From positions 1 to 54,914 of the forward strand of contig JAIXQT010000048.1 of NCBI GenBank assembly GCA_027485595.1: DNA of 54,914 nucleotides, given 5' to 3'. Below, piece by piece: positions 1-9,225 of this stretch. Numbering within the stretch: position 1 is the first letter of the stretch; every line of letters starts with the position of its first letter. This DNA comes from Pseudomonadota bacterium (lineage in GTDB: Bacteria > Bdellovibrionota_C > UBA2361 > OMII01). A program made the translations under genes and the position numbers. The notes below the pieces were generated by a model. It saw only the letters and a program-made list of their open reading frames with translations. It was not told where the DNA came from and did no database searches.

Positions 1-27
1 CAGTATCAGCACGTTAAGAAACTTCAT
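1..27 (-). CDS. 5' end (partial) of a tandem paralog of the adjacent FGE/SUMF1-domain secreted protein; runs off the window edge
   Basis: Minus strand from ATG at 27 reads MKFLNVLIL, versus MRFLNVLIL at the start of 174..1736; upstream DNA 1-67 is nearly identical to 1710-1776. Confidence 0.75.
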
Positions 28-156
28 TATAAGAATATCGGCTGCATGGTGAATTAGCTCAAGGGGTTTTGAGGTCATGTGGGGTCGACGAGATTGGGGC
101 GACCAGGATCCCACTTCGCTCCGCTACGAGGGACAAGCTGGTCGGCCTCCCGTGCC
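1..156. repeat. Duplicated start and upstream region of the FGE paralogs, copy A (copy B at 1710-1905)
   Basis: 1-67 matches 1710-1776; 55-108 matches about 1830-1884; 139-156 matches about 1886-1905, with indels between the blocks. Confidence 0.85.
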
Positions 157-173
157 CCCCAATTCCAAATCCC

Positions 174-1736
174 CTACGGCGCAGAACGCACACCGCGACC
201 ACCACGTTCCTGGTGGCGATTCCATAAACGCTGTGATGCGTTACTGCGGTCAGAGAGCCGCCCCAAACTCCAGGATTGTTGCCATGCCCCTCCACGGAAG
301 CCGATAGCGGGTGCCCCACCACCATTTGGCCACGTCGTGACATCTGCATCGCCACCGGAGGTCAGTACCCCGTTGCCGTGTTTTGCGCCATTAAAGGCTC
401 TCCCCTCGGATCTCCCCACAGACACGGTGCGCTCAAAGACATTCCCACACAGATCCATAGCTCCATAGTACCCTGCGCCAGACGCTATCCGGGTAGCGTC
501 CCCATAAGCCATCGCGCCTACACGCATCGGACCTAGAACTCCAGCGGAGTTACCGAAGACGCAGTTAGCCGCCGCGCTTGGTGCCTCATTCGGCAGTCCT
601 GCGTTGCTTACTCCGGTCGCGCCCGTTATCGAGGTACTCCCCCACGCGTATTCACCAGAGACCGCTCGATAGGGTCCACGTCCAGCTTTCTCAAACTCCA
701 ATTCGCTCATGGGGCGTAAGCCCGCCCAATCGAGGTACGCGGATACATCCGCCCATGAGATATAGTTCATGGCGACGGAAGCATATGTCGCTCCGCCCCC
801 TTGATCAGGCAACGTGGCATCGCCACTGGTCCAGCTAACGTTATTTCGATTGGTCAGGTTGTCGGTGTTCTTTCCAAGGGCACCCGATGAGGTGATATCT
901 CTTGTACTCTTCTGTGTCGTGGTTAGCGTATTAAAGAAAGCCACCCACTGAGATTGAGAGATCTCTCCCTTCATCATGTAGAACTTCTGATACCCCTTCG
1001 GAAATTCAGCGGGAATGGTGAAGACCGCCCCAGTTATATCCTCAGTCTCTTGGCTGGTGGTCACGTAGCGATACTCACTATTCGTCTCTCCAACCCCGGT
1101 GCCAGATCCCGCCTGAGCCCCGGTTGTTATCGCCGACTCGCTCCCGATGTACCACGGATCATTGTCGCTACTCCCCTGCCGAAACGACGCTGTTGATGTC
1201 GCGTTATCGCCAGCGAAGAATGCTCCCGTCGGCACGTACAACATCTCTATCGCAAACACCCGGATGTCGATCGTGTCATTCACGCCAACTCCGTCCTGTG
1301 TGTACTTCCAATTCAGTGAGAAGCCTGTCTTTGAAAACGTTCCGACGCCATCGGTGCTTCGATAGATGAAAACGCCAACACCTGGATTGGTAGAAATGTT
1401 AAACGAGGTGCTCGTGTCGACTAACCCCAAATCCAATGAGGCACCAGAAGGTACGGTGTGTCCTGTGTCGGTTAAACTTGCGTGCGCCCAGTTACCGCCG
1501 TTCTTACGAAACTTTACAAACACCCACGCAGCGTCCCAATTGTTCGGAGCGGGAGCGCCCGGGTCGGTTGATCGCCACGAGTTGCTCCACGAGATATCGA
1601 AATTAATCGGGGCAGTGCCCGTGCTGGCGTCGCGGGTGCCTACACTTGTGTTGGTCACGTTGATTCCGCCACATACGCCGTCGGAGGCGAATAGCACCAT
1701 CGCGGCAAGCAGTATCAGCACGTTCAGAAACCTCAT
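174..1736 (-). CDS. Secreted formylglycine-generating enzyme (FGE/SUMF1, C-type lectin fold) domain protein
   Basis: Signal peptide; N-terminal WSNSWR..NNWDAAWVFVKF motif; FGE motifs GLRPMSELEFEKA, YYGAMDLCGNVFE, FRGGAW, GGRGVR. Confidence 0.8.
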   Translation of the reverse strand: MRFLNVLILLAAMVLFASDGVCGGINVTNTSVGTRDASTGTAPINFDISWSNSWRSTDPGAPAPNNWDAAWVFVKFRKNGGNWAHASLTDTGHTVPSGASLDLGLVDTSTSFNISTNPGVGVFIYRSTDGVGTFSKTGFSLNWKYTQDGVGVNDTIDIRVFAIEMLYVPTGAFFAGDNATSTASFRQGSSDNDPWYIGSESAITTGAQAGSGTGVGETNSEYRYVTTSQETEDITGAVFTIPAEFPKGYQKFYMMKGEISQSQWVAFFNTLTTTQKSTRDITSSGALGKNTDNLTNRNNVSWTSGDATLPDQGGGATYASVAMNYISWADVSAYLDWAGLRPMSELEFEKAGRGPYRAVSGEYAWGSTSITGATGVSNAGLPNEAPSAAANCVFGNSAGVLGPMRVGAMAYGDATRIASGAGYYGAMDLCGNVFERTVSVGRSEGRAFNGAKHGNGVLTSGGDADVTTWPNGGGAPAIGFRGGAWQQSWSLGRLSDRSNASQRLWNRHQERGGRGVRSAP

Positions 1737-1914
1737 GATGAGAATATCGGCTGCATGATGAATTAGCTCAAGGGGTTGTTATAAGCTCGGAATCACGAGA
1801 CTTTTCGGTTATTTTCCGCCCTCCAGGGCTTAGCTCAAGGAGTTTTGAGATCATGTGCGGTCCGCGAGATTTCGGCGACCAGGAATGGTCGCCCTCCCGC
1901 GTGCCAACCCGAGA

Positions 1915-2036
1915 TCCGGAGGGCCTGTCTCCTGACAGGCCGGAATGACGGCTACCGTTTCAGATCGCGATATAGGTCGCGGCACAATTTGATGCATGAA
2001 TACATACCCGGCCCGTCGGGAGACGGGCCCTCCGGG
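1915..2036. repeat. Pair of inverted REP-like palindromic elements (GTCAT/CATAC-CCGGCCYGTC-RGGA-GACRGGCC-CTCCGG)
   Basis: 1915-1950 (minus orientation) and 2003-2036 (plus); same element recurs at 10777-10810, 10969-11002 and 11027-11055; stems show compensatory T/C and A/G changes. Confidence 0.8.
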
Positions 2037-2137
2037 TGTGTTAAAGGCCACCTGAAATCCGCGGTGCTACCCGTCGACTGAGAGGCAGTCAGCTTACCTC
2101 GCGCAACAACGGGTCCGCACACCCCGGATGGGTCGGG

Positions 2138-3610
2138 TTAAAGGTCGCGTGGCGCGTGCCCGGTCTCATCTATCACATCGATAACTTGATCAGTTCCAAG
2201 CGCGTCATCCCAACCACCACCGAGCGCTTTAAAGAGCTGCACGAGCGAGTTGAGCACATTCGTCTCGCTCGACACGAGTTCAACTTGCGCGAGAAGGGCT
2301 ACTCGTTGCGCGTCCAGCACAGGGAGTAGATCAATGAGACCGTTCTCGTACTGCGTACGAGCGATAGCGACCGCCTTGCTGCTCTGATCAACGCTCACTT
2401 TAAGATAGTCGCGACGTTGCTTCGCCGCGGTAAAACGAGCAAGAGCGCCTTCGGTCTCCTCAAGCGCCAATAAAATAGATTGCTCGTATCGAGCGAGTTG
2501 CTCAGCAGTGAGAGCCTCGGCTTGATCGACCTGTGCGAGAACTCGACCAAGATTGAATGCTGGCCACGAAATGGTAGGGATCATATTCCATGCGTCGTTA
2601 TCACCTGAGGTAAGCTCAGGAACCGTCGGCGCTTGAAGAGAGATCGAACCGTTAAAGGTTATTTTCGGAAAAAGATCACCCTGAGCAACGCCGATGTTGG
2701 CGGTAGCCGCCGCGAGTTGACGCTCAACGGCTCGAATATCAGGACGTCGCTTGAGGAGCGCGGCGGGATCGCCAAGCTTCACAGGACCTGAGTAGGTAGG
2801 AAGCGCCCCCTTCGTGGAGAGCAACGCAACAAGTTCCTGTGGCTGACGGCCGGTCAAAACACCCAATCGGTAGATAGCTCCCTTCTCCTGTGCTTCGAAG
2901 GGAGGGATCGCCGCCATGGTGTTCATGTACTGCGCTCGAGATCGCACCACGTCGAACTCAGTTGATTGCCCCCCCTTGAAGAGAGCCTGGGCGACCTTCA
3001 CAACTTGCTCCTGAGTCTGCGCGTTCTCTTGCGCGACCTCTTTCTGGTGTTGCGCGCCACGAAGCTCAATGTAATTACGCGCTACCTCGCTGACTAAGAT
3101 ACGAATAGCGTCTTGTAGACCCGCGACAGAGGCGTCTATCTGCGCGTCTTGCGCCTCAACACTTCGGCGAACGCGACCAAAGATATCCAGCTCCCATACC
3201 GCGTCAAAGCCCGTAGAGAAGTAATCATTGTTTATGTGCGATTTGCCGGTTTGAATGGCTCCACCCGCGAAGGTCGATGTTGGCACGTGCGTGTTCGTGT
3301 ACTGTCCGTCGGAGGTGATCGTCGGGAAGAGATTCAAGAAGGTCTGATTGTAGAGCGCTCGCGATTGATTGACCCGAGCGATAGCGCCCTGGAGGTCATT
3401 GTTATTACGAACCGCGTCGCTGACCAACTGCGTAAGGATAGGATCGTTAAAGTTACTCCACCATCTCTCAAGAGATATCTCCTCTGGAGTGGGCTGGCCA
3501 TCTTCGAGAAACTGCTTGGGAAGTGTGGTATCAGGCGTGACGTAGTCAGGCCCTACGGCGCACCCCGCGCACATGAATGCCACTACCACTGCCGAAAACT
3601 TCCTATTCAT
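2138..3610 (-). CDS. Outer membrane efflux lipoprotein, NodT/OprM/TolC family
   Basis: Lipobox CAGCAVGPDY; WWSNFNDPIL, WELDIFGR, LLKRRPDIRAVE and LFKALGGGW motifs. Confidence 0.95.
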   Translation of the reverse strand: MNRKFSAVVVAFMCAGCAVGPDYVTPDTTLPKQFLEDGQPTPEEISLERWWSNFNDPILTQLVSDAVRNNNDLQGAIARVNQSRALYNQTFLNLFPTITSDGQYTNTHVPTSTFAGGAIQTGKSHINNDYFSTGFDAVWELDIFGRVRRSVEAQDAQIDASVAGLQDAIRILVSEVARNYIELRGAQHQKEVAQENAQTQEQVVKVAQALFKGGQSTEFDVVRSRAQYMNTMAAIPPFEAQEKGAIYRLGVLTGRQPQELVALLSTKGALPTYSGPVKLGDPAALLKRRPDIRAVERQLAAATANIGVAQGDLFPKITFNGSISLQAPTVPELTSGDNDAWNMIPTISWPAFNLGRVLAQVDQAEALTAEQLARYEQSILLALEETEGALARFTAAKQRRDYLKVSVDQSSKAVAIARTQYENGLIDLLPVLDAQRVALLAQVELVSSETNVLNSLVQLFKALGGGWDDALGTDQVIDVIDETGHAPRDL

Positions 3611-3724
3611 CCTAGTATCCTTACTGACGAGCTCCTCTACATTCCCACACTCATTTCGAGGTGGGAAGGGATCAATGTCGCCTCACTGCTGTGCCTCTCA
3701 CTTCCATCGGGGACCTTTGCGCGC

Positions 3725-6700
3725 CTACTGAGCGACGCGGGTTACATGCCCAGGAAACTCCCCGTGTTCATGTCGCGCCACCACGACATTTGCCGCGGCT
3801 ACTCGCTTTGTTCGACCACCGATCAGGGTATAAAACACCGGCACAGCGAAGAGGGTGAAGACGGTTCCTAGGATCATTCCGCTCACGAGCATGATTCCGA
3901 TGCTGTTACGGGCCCCCGCCCCAGGTCCCGAGGCGATAACGAGCGGGAAGTGGCCCACGACGGTTGCCACCGTTGTCATGAGGATCGGGCGAAGACGGGT
4001 CGTCGCCGCCTGAATGGCTGCCTCAAACCTTTCAACCCCCTCAGCCTGTAACCTGTTGGCGAACTCTACGATCAAGATTCCGTTCTTGGCTACCAGCCCC
4101 ACAAGGGTCACCAGCCCCACCTGCGAATAGATGTTCAGAGAGGTAAACCCAAGAAAAACGAATAGGAGCGCTCCAGCGAGCGCGAGCGGCACAGAGCCCG
4201 CTAAAATGATAAGCGGATCGATAAAGCTCTCAAACTGCGCCGCAAGAACGAGGAAGATAACGATCAGCGCGAGCACCAGGGTGCCCGTCATCGAATCTCC
4301 CTCTTTACGAAGCTGCCTGGACTCTCCGGCGTAGTCGGTAACATACCCAGCAGGCAATATCTCCTGAGCTTTATCCTCAAGAACCTTTAACCCATCATTA
4401 ATCGACACACCGGGAACTATCGCGCCACGAATCTTCGCTGAGTTGAGCTGCTGAAATCGGTTCAACTGCCGCGGCTCGGTTGTGCTCTTGAGAGACGCGA
4501 CCGTCGCCAAGGGGATGAGCTTGCCTTGAGGCCCACGGATATGAAGCTCAAGGAGCTGCTCCGGTGTCAGTCTATCGCCACGCTGAACTTGAGGGATGAC
4601 CTTGTAGCTTCTTCCCTGAATAGAGAAGCGATTGACGTAGTTTCCACCAAGAAAGAGGGAGAGATCCTGACCGATACTAGCGAGTGAAAGCCCCATCGTG
4701 TTGGCCTTATCCCGGTCGATATCGATCTCAGCTTGCGGGATATCGAATTGAAGATCGGTGTCGGCGAACATGAATTTTCCGCTTTGGAACGCCGTCCCAA
4801 CTAATTGATTCGCGTACGTTACAAGCTCTCGCGGCTCCGCTGTCGAAGAGATAACGAACTCCACCGGAAAGTCACTTCCACCAGGCAGCGAGGGTTTTGT
4901 CGTTACGATTACTCGAGCACCCGGAACCTGCGCGACCTTTCCCCACAACTCCGGCTCCATCTCGAAGATCGAACGGGTACGCTCTGCCCACGGCTTCGTC
5001 ACGAGACCTGAGAATCCACCTCCTGGACTCGTAAGTTGAAACGCTCCCTTATACTCGGGGAAGGACGCGTAGGCCTTGAATATCTCGTTCGTCGGGGTCT
5101 CAAGTTGCTCAAGGGTTGAATTCGGAGGTCCCTGCACGATACCAAAGAGCACGCCTTGGTCCTCTTTTGGAGCGAGCTCCTTCATCGCGAAGAGATAGAA
5201 CGGCACTATGAGAAGAGAGATCCACAACGCCGAGGCAACCACCGAGGGGCGATACCGCAGTACCACACGCAACCACGCTTCGTACTTAGCTCGTAGCCAC
5301 TCCAAACGAGCGTCGATTCTCTGTTTAAAAGCGCTGTCAGCGTGAGCCTTCTTTACCAGCCGAGAGGACATCATAGGTGAGAGGGTCAACGCGACGATCC
5401 CTGAGAAAATAACAGCTCCAGCGAGGGTAAACGCGAACTCCTTAAAGAGAGCGCCCGTTAACCCACCCTGAATACCGATCGGAGCGTACACCGCGGCGAG
5501 CGTGATGGTCATAGCGATAGTCGGACCAACCAGCTCCCGCGCCGCTTTGAGCGCCGCAGGTATCGGATCCATCCCCTCGTTCACATGCCGCTCGACGTTC
5601 TCAAGCATCACGATCGCGTCATCTACTACGAGACCAACGGCGAGAACGATGGCGAGAAGGGTCAGGAGGTTAATCGTAAACCCAAGAGCCAGCATCACTA
5701 TCGCCGCTCCCACGAGAGAGAGCGGAATAGCCACAACTGGCACGAATACGGCTCGAAACGAACCGATAAAGAGGAAGATAACCAGCACAACGATAGCGAT
5801 CGTCTCCGTGAGAGTTTTAAGTACCTCTTGAATAGAATCGCGGATGTACTTCGTCGCGTCGTATGGAACGGTTATCGTCGCTCCTGAGGGGAGATTGGAC
5901 TCGATCTGAGGAAGAACTTTTCGAACTCGGTCAATCACATCAAGCGAGTTCGCGTTGGGGAGTACCCACACGCCCATGAATATCGCAGCCTGTCCGTTAA
6001 ACCGAACATCCTCATCGTAACTCTCTGCGCCCAGGGTAACGTCAGCGATCTCCTCAAGCCGAACGATGCGATCCCCCTGTTGCCGAACGACGAGTTTGCT
6101 GAACTCTTCTGGAGTTTTAAGATCGGTATTCGCGATGAGATTTACCGAAACAAGGGATCCCTTCGTCGCGCCCACCGCGGAGAGAAAGTTATTATTCGCG
6201 AGAGCTTGGCGCACCTCGGTCGCGCTAATGCCGAGCGCGGCCATCTTGTCAGGGTCGAGCCAGATACGCATCGCGAAGACGCGACCTCCGAGGATATCAG
6301 CGCGCTGAACTCCGGATACCGCTGTTATCTGTGGCTGCACTACCCGTGTGAGGTAATCCGTAATCTGATTCTGCGTCATGTCCTTAGCGGAGAAGCCGAT
6401 GTACATCGAGGCGAATCGATTATCGCTCGTCTCGACGTTGATCACTGGAACCTCAGCCTCTGGGGGGAGATCGTTTCGAACCTGGGCGACCTTAGATTGG
6501 ATCTGCGTGAGTGCGGCGTTTACATCGTAGTTAAGACGGAGATGCGCCGTAATCTCACTGAGTCCCTGCCTGCTCGCTGACTCGATGTAGTCGATACCAT
6601 CAGCGCTCGCGATAACTCGCTCAAGAGGTGTAGAGATATATCCCCGAACAAGCTCCGCTGGCGCGCCGACGTAGGCCGTTTTAACAGTTACGACCGACAT

Positions 6701-6823
6701 ATCGCTCTTTGGATACTGTCGGACGTTGAGCTTCTCGAGAGCGGTATAGCCACCGATGAGAATCATCAAGTTCAAGCAGATGGCGAGAACCGGACGTTTG
6801 ATAAAGGTATCTGTAAACTTCAT
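3725..6823 (-). CDS. RND efflux transporter permease (AcrB/MexI/MexW-like)
   Basis: 1032 aa; FIKRPVLA, GLVVDDAIVMLENV, AKNGILIVEFA and RLRPILMT motifs. Confidence 0.97.
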   Translation of the reverse strand: MKFTDTFIKRPVLAICLNLMILIGGYTALEKLNVRQYPKSDMSVVTVKTAYVGAPAELVRGYISTPLERVIASADGIDYIESASRQGLSEITAHLRLNYDVNAALTQIQSKVAQVRNDLPPEAEVPVINVETSDNRFASMYIGFSAKDMTQNQITDYLTRVVQPQITAVSGVQRADILGGRVFAMRIWLDPDKMAALGISATEVRQALANNNFLSAVGATKGSLVSVNLIANTDLKTPEEFSKLVVRQQGDRIVRLEEIADVTLGAESYDEDVRFNGQAAIFMGVWVLPNANSLDVIDRVRKVLPQIESNLPSGATITVPYDATKYIRDSIQEVLKTLTETIAIVVLVIFLFIGSFRAVFVPVVAIPLSLVGAAIVMLALGFTINLLTLLAIVLAVGLVVDDAIVMLENVERHVNEGMDPIPAALKAARELVGPTIAMTITLAAVYAPIGIQGGLTGALFKEFAFTLAGAVIFSGIVALTLSPMMSSRLVKKAHADSAFKQRIDARLEWLRAKYEAWLRVVLRYRPSVVASALWISLLIVPFYLFAMKELAPKEDQGVLFGIVQGPPNSTLEQLETPTNEIFKAYASFPEYKGAFQLTSPGGGFSGLVTKPWAERTRSIFEMEPELWGKVAQVPGARVIVTTKPSLPGGSDFPVEFVISSTAEPRELVTYANQLVGTAFQSGKFMFADTDLQFDIPQAEIDIDRDKANTMGLSLASIGQDLSLFLGGNYVNRFSIQGRSYKVIPQVQRGDRLTPEQLLELHIRGPQGKLIPLATVASLKSTTEPRQLNRFQQLNSAKIRGAIVPGVSINDGLKVLEDKAQEILPAGYVTDYAGESRQLRKEGDSMTGTLVLALIVIFLVLAAQFESFIDPLIILAGSVPLALAGALLFVFLGFTSLNIYSQVGLVTLVGLVAKNGILIVEFANRLQAEGVERFEAAIQAATTRLRPILMTTVATVVGHFPLVIASGPGAGARNSIGIMLVSGMILGTVFTLFAVPVFYTLIGGRTKRVAAANVVVARHEHGEFPGHVTRVAQ

Positions 6824-6838
6824 GGAGCGAGGCCCTCG

Positions 6839-7966
6839 TTATCTATTCTCGACCTTCGGTTCAAGGGAGAGCGGGGGCGTTCCCTCTTGTTTGATCTGAA
6901 TCTGCGCCCCAGGACGCAACTTGAAAGCGCCGGTCGCGACGATCTCATCACCCTCGGTAAGTCCCTTGATCACCGCGACGTAATCACCACGAGAGCGCCC
7001 GAGCTGAACTATCTGCTGTCGTACCGTTGTACTCTCTTTCCCCTCAGCGTCTTTCTTTCGCTCAACAACGTACACAGAGTTGCCATACGGGGCGTAGGTG
7101 ACGCTCACGGACGGAATGACGAGAATCGAAACCGCGTTTCCGATCTCGAAATGAACTGAGCCGAACATTCCAGGAAGGATCTCCTCTTGAGGATTTTGAA
7201 CGGTCGCTTGCACCGAGATCGTGCGAAGCACCTCATCGATATTCGGATTGATAGCGGTTACATCTCCCGTAAAGGTTCGATCAGGGAAGGCATCGACACG
7301 AACTGAAACATCTGTGTTTGTGGAGAGCTGTGGAGCCAACTGCTGCGGAACCGAGAAGTTAAAGTAAATTGGATTGATCGAATACAACGGAACGAGCGCA
7401 GCGCCAGCGTTAACAAAGCTTCCGACGTTCACCGTTCTAATCCCCGCGCGCCCATCGAACGGCGCCACGATCGTCTTTCGCTCTATAGCCGCTTTGATGG
7501 ACTGAACCTCAGACTCACTTTGACGAACCTTTGATTGAGCGTCCTCGAGGGTAGAGAGGGCGAGCGCGCTCTGTCCTCGCAGTGTCCTCGCGCGCTCAAG
7601 GTTTTGCTTAGTTAACTCTAAACGGGCGAGCGCGCCTTTAAGATTCGCGTCTTCCACGGAGTGATCGATCTCTATGAGGAGATCTCCTGCCTTGACCCTC
7701 GCTCCGGAATCAAAGCGAACAGCTACAACGTTACCGGACTCCTTAGCGCTCAACGTAGCACCTTGGATCGAAACAAAGGATCCAACCGTATCAAAACTCT
7801 CGCGCCACTCAGCCTTGGTTACCGTTATGGTCGTCACAGCCTCAGGAGGGGGAGAGAAACTCGCGTACTCGGCGATAGCTCGTTGGATCTGTGTAGCTTT
7901 CACGACACCCAGAAAGGCGGTGAGGATAAAGACCACGATACACGTGATACCGAGCTGCTTCTTCAT
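6839..7966 (-). CDS. RND efflux periplasmic adaptor (membrane fusion protein)
   Basis: N-terminal TM; lipoyl/hairpin motifs GARVKAGDLL, IVAPFDG, LPGMF; first gene of the MFP-RND-OMF operon. Confidence 0.95.
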   Translation of the reverse strand: MKKQLGITCIVVFILTAFLGVVKATQIQRAIAEYASFSPPPEAVTTITVTKAEWRESFDTVGSFVSIQGATLSAKESGNVVAVRFDSGARVKAGDLLIEIDHSVEDANLKGALARLELTKQNLERARTLRGQSALALSTLEDAQSKVRQSESEVQSIKAAIERKTIVAPFDGRAGIRTVNVGSFVNAGAALVPLYSINPIYFNFSVPQQLAPQLSTNTDVSVRVDAFPDRTFTGDVTAINPNIDEVLRTISVQATVQNPQEEILPGMFGSVHFEIGNAVSILVIPSVSVTYAPYGNSVYVVERKKDAEGKESTTVRQQIVQLGRSRGDYVAVIKGLTEGDEIVATGAFKLRPGAQIQIKQEGTPPLSLEPKVENR

Positions 7967-8203
7967 AGGGAGATCACCTTTGTAGGAATAGTAGGAGCGT
8001 GGGCAGTGTAACCGTCAGAGGGCTGTTTTGTATACGGCACAGCCAGTTAGATTGCTGTGTAGAAGCATCAACAAAGAGAGGAGGGTCTCTTCATATGGTG
8101 GGCTCGCGCCACCGGCCGAGCTCCCCCACATTAGAGGTGCGGGAGAGTTCATCATCACAAGAGAAACATCGTCCCAGACCAAGTCTCACACAGGGGTAAG
8201 CGC

Positions 8204-8222
8204 TTCCCACACGTTATCCACA
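8204..8222 (+). promoter_or_regulatory. DnaA-box-containing motif (TTATCCACA at 8214-8222); left arm of a 19-bp inverted repeat
   Basis: Exact consensus DnaA box; the arm is an 18/19 reverse complement of 8463-8481. Confidence 0.45.
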
Positions 8223-8268
8223 CCCCCTCCGGACAACTTTTTGAACCCTTTGTAGCAACTTCGGCATT

Positions 8269-8287
8269 TATTTCTACTATAGAAATA
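8269..8287. promoter_or_regulatory. Candidate operator palindrome upstream of imuA (TATTTCTA-cta-TAGAAATA)
   Basis: Perfect 8-bp arms ending 36 bp upstream of the imuA ATG; a second CTAGAA..TTCTAG dyad lies at 8290-8313. Confidence 0.4.
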
Positions 8288-8322
8288 GACTAGAATACAG
8301 AAGAGTCTTCTAGGGAAAGTTC

Positions 8323-9225
8323 ATGAGAACCATACTATATAGCAATAGATTCAAAGAGTTAGAAGAGCCCGCAGGGCACTCGTGCGCAACGCCCCCAGCA
8401 GAGGTCCGTAGCCTTAACGAGCTCATCTCGGAAGGAATCGTGTGGCAGGGGGAATCCACACCTGTGGATAACTTGTGGGAAACGTGTTCACAGCAACCTC
8501 ACCGACAGCGAAGCGAGGTCATTCCGTTTAATGTTCAGGAGATCGACGGGGCGCTCTCGGTCGGCGGGCTCGCCTGTGGAGCGCTCCACGAGTTCTACTA
8601 CAGGGACCCGTCACGCAATGTCGAAACGAGCGTCGCTATCCCTACCCTTCTCGCCCGTAACGCTATCGACGCCTACTACACCTCCCCTACGAGCGCCTGG
8701 GATAAGGTCGCTTCCGGCGCGCCGCCCTTCTTTATCGCCTGGATAGGACGTCGTTCGTGGCCAACCCCCTTCTCTCTACCTCAGCGGCTTCTTTCATCCT
8801 GCCTCTTTATTGATCCCCCCAACGATAAGCTCACCTTGTGGGCCATCGAAACCGCACTCAGGTCTCCACTTATTAAACTTGTTATCGCCGACTCTCCTCG
8901 GCTCCCCCTCAAGACAACGAGAAGGTTATCACTACGAGCGCACGCGAACGGAACAACCGCCATCCTCCTTCGTTCGCTACAAGACCTCTCGATGCCGAGT
9001 AGTAGCGCCACCAAGTGGGTGCTCTCTCCCCTACCCTCCTCTGGCATTCATCCAACCTGGAACCTCACCCTTGAACGAAGCAAGGGGGGTGCGGTTCCCA
9101 ACACATCGTGGGCGATCAGCTTAAAGAACGATTATGAAGATAGAGAGACGTTATCTCTGCGCGTACTTCCCCGAGTGGTCGATACAGATCACAAAGAGAA
9201 GTTTAAAGTTCAGAGGTTTGGATAA
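8323..9225 (+). CDS. imuA: ImuA, RecA/SulA-like mutagenesis cassette protein
   Basis: IDGALSVGGLACGALHE, LWAIETALRS, RRLSLRAH, SSSATKW motifs; directly upstream of and overlapping imuB. Confidence 0.85.
   Translation: MRTILYSNRFKELEEPAGHSCATPPAEVRSLNELISEGIVWQGESTPVDNLWETCSQQPHRQRSEVIPFNVQEIDGALSVGGLACGALHEFYYRDPSRNVETSVAIPTLLARNAIDAYYTSPTSAWDKVASGAPPFFIAWIGRRSWPTPFSLPQRLLSSCLFIDPPNDKLTLWAIETALRSPLIKLVIADSPRLPLKTTRRLSLRAHANGTTAILLRSLQDLSMPSSSATKWVLSPLPSSGIHPTWNLTLERSKGGAVPNTSWAISLKNDYEDRETLSLRVLPRVVDTDHKEKFKVQRFG

Noticed and set aside
174-300. C-terminus of the FGE/CLec protein as a diversity-generating retroelement variable region
   Set aside because: No reverse transcriptase or template repeat in the window, and many putatively variable codons end in A or G (CAA, TGG, TTG, CAG, TTA, GAA), which does not fit AAY-derived mutagenesis; not fully excluded beyond the window edge
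1874-1893. GGCGACCA/TGGTCGCC hairpin as a distal target of the ORF6N palindrome
   Set aside because: Half-sites resemble TGGTCGC but are in the opposite relative orientation and spacing; likely chance
8204-8481. Replication origin (oriC)
   Set aside because: Only two perfect DnaA boxes, one inside a coding region, and no dnaA/dnaN/gidA/rpmH context
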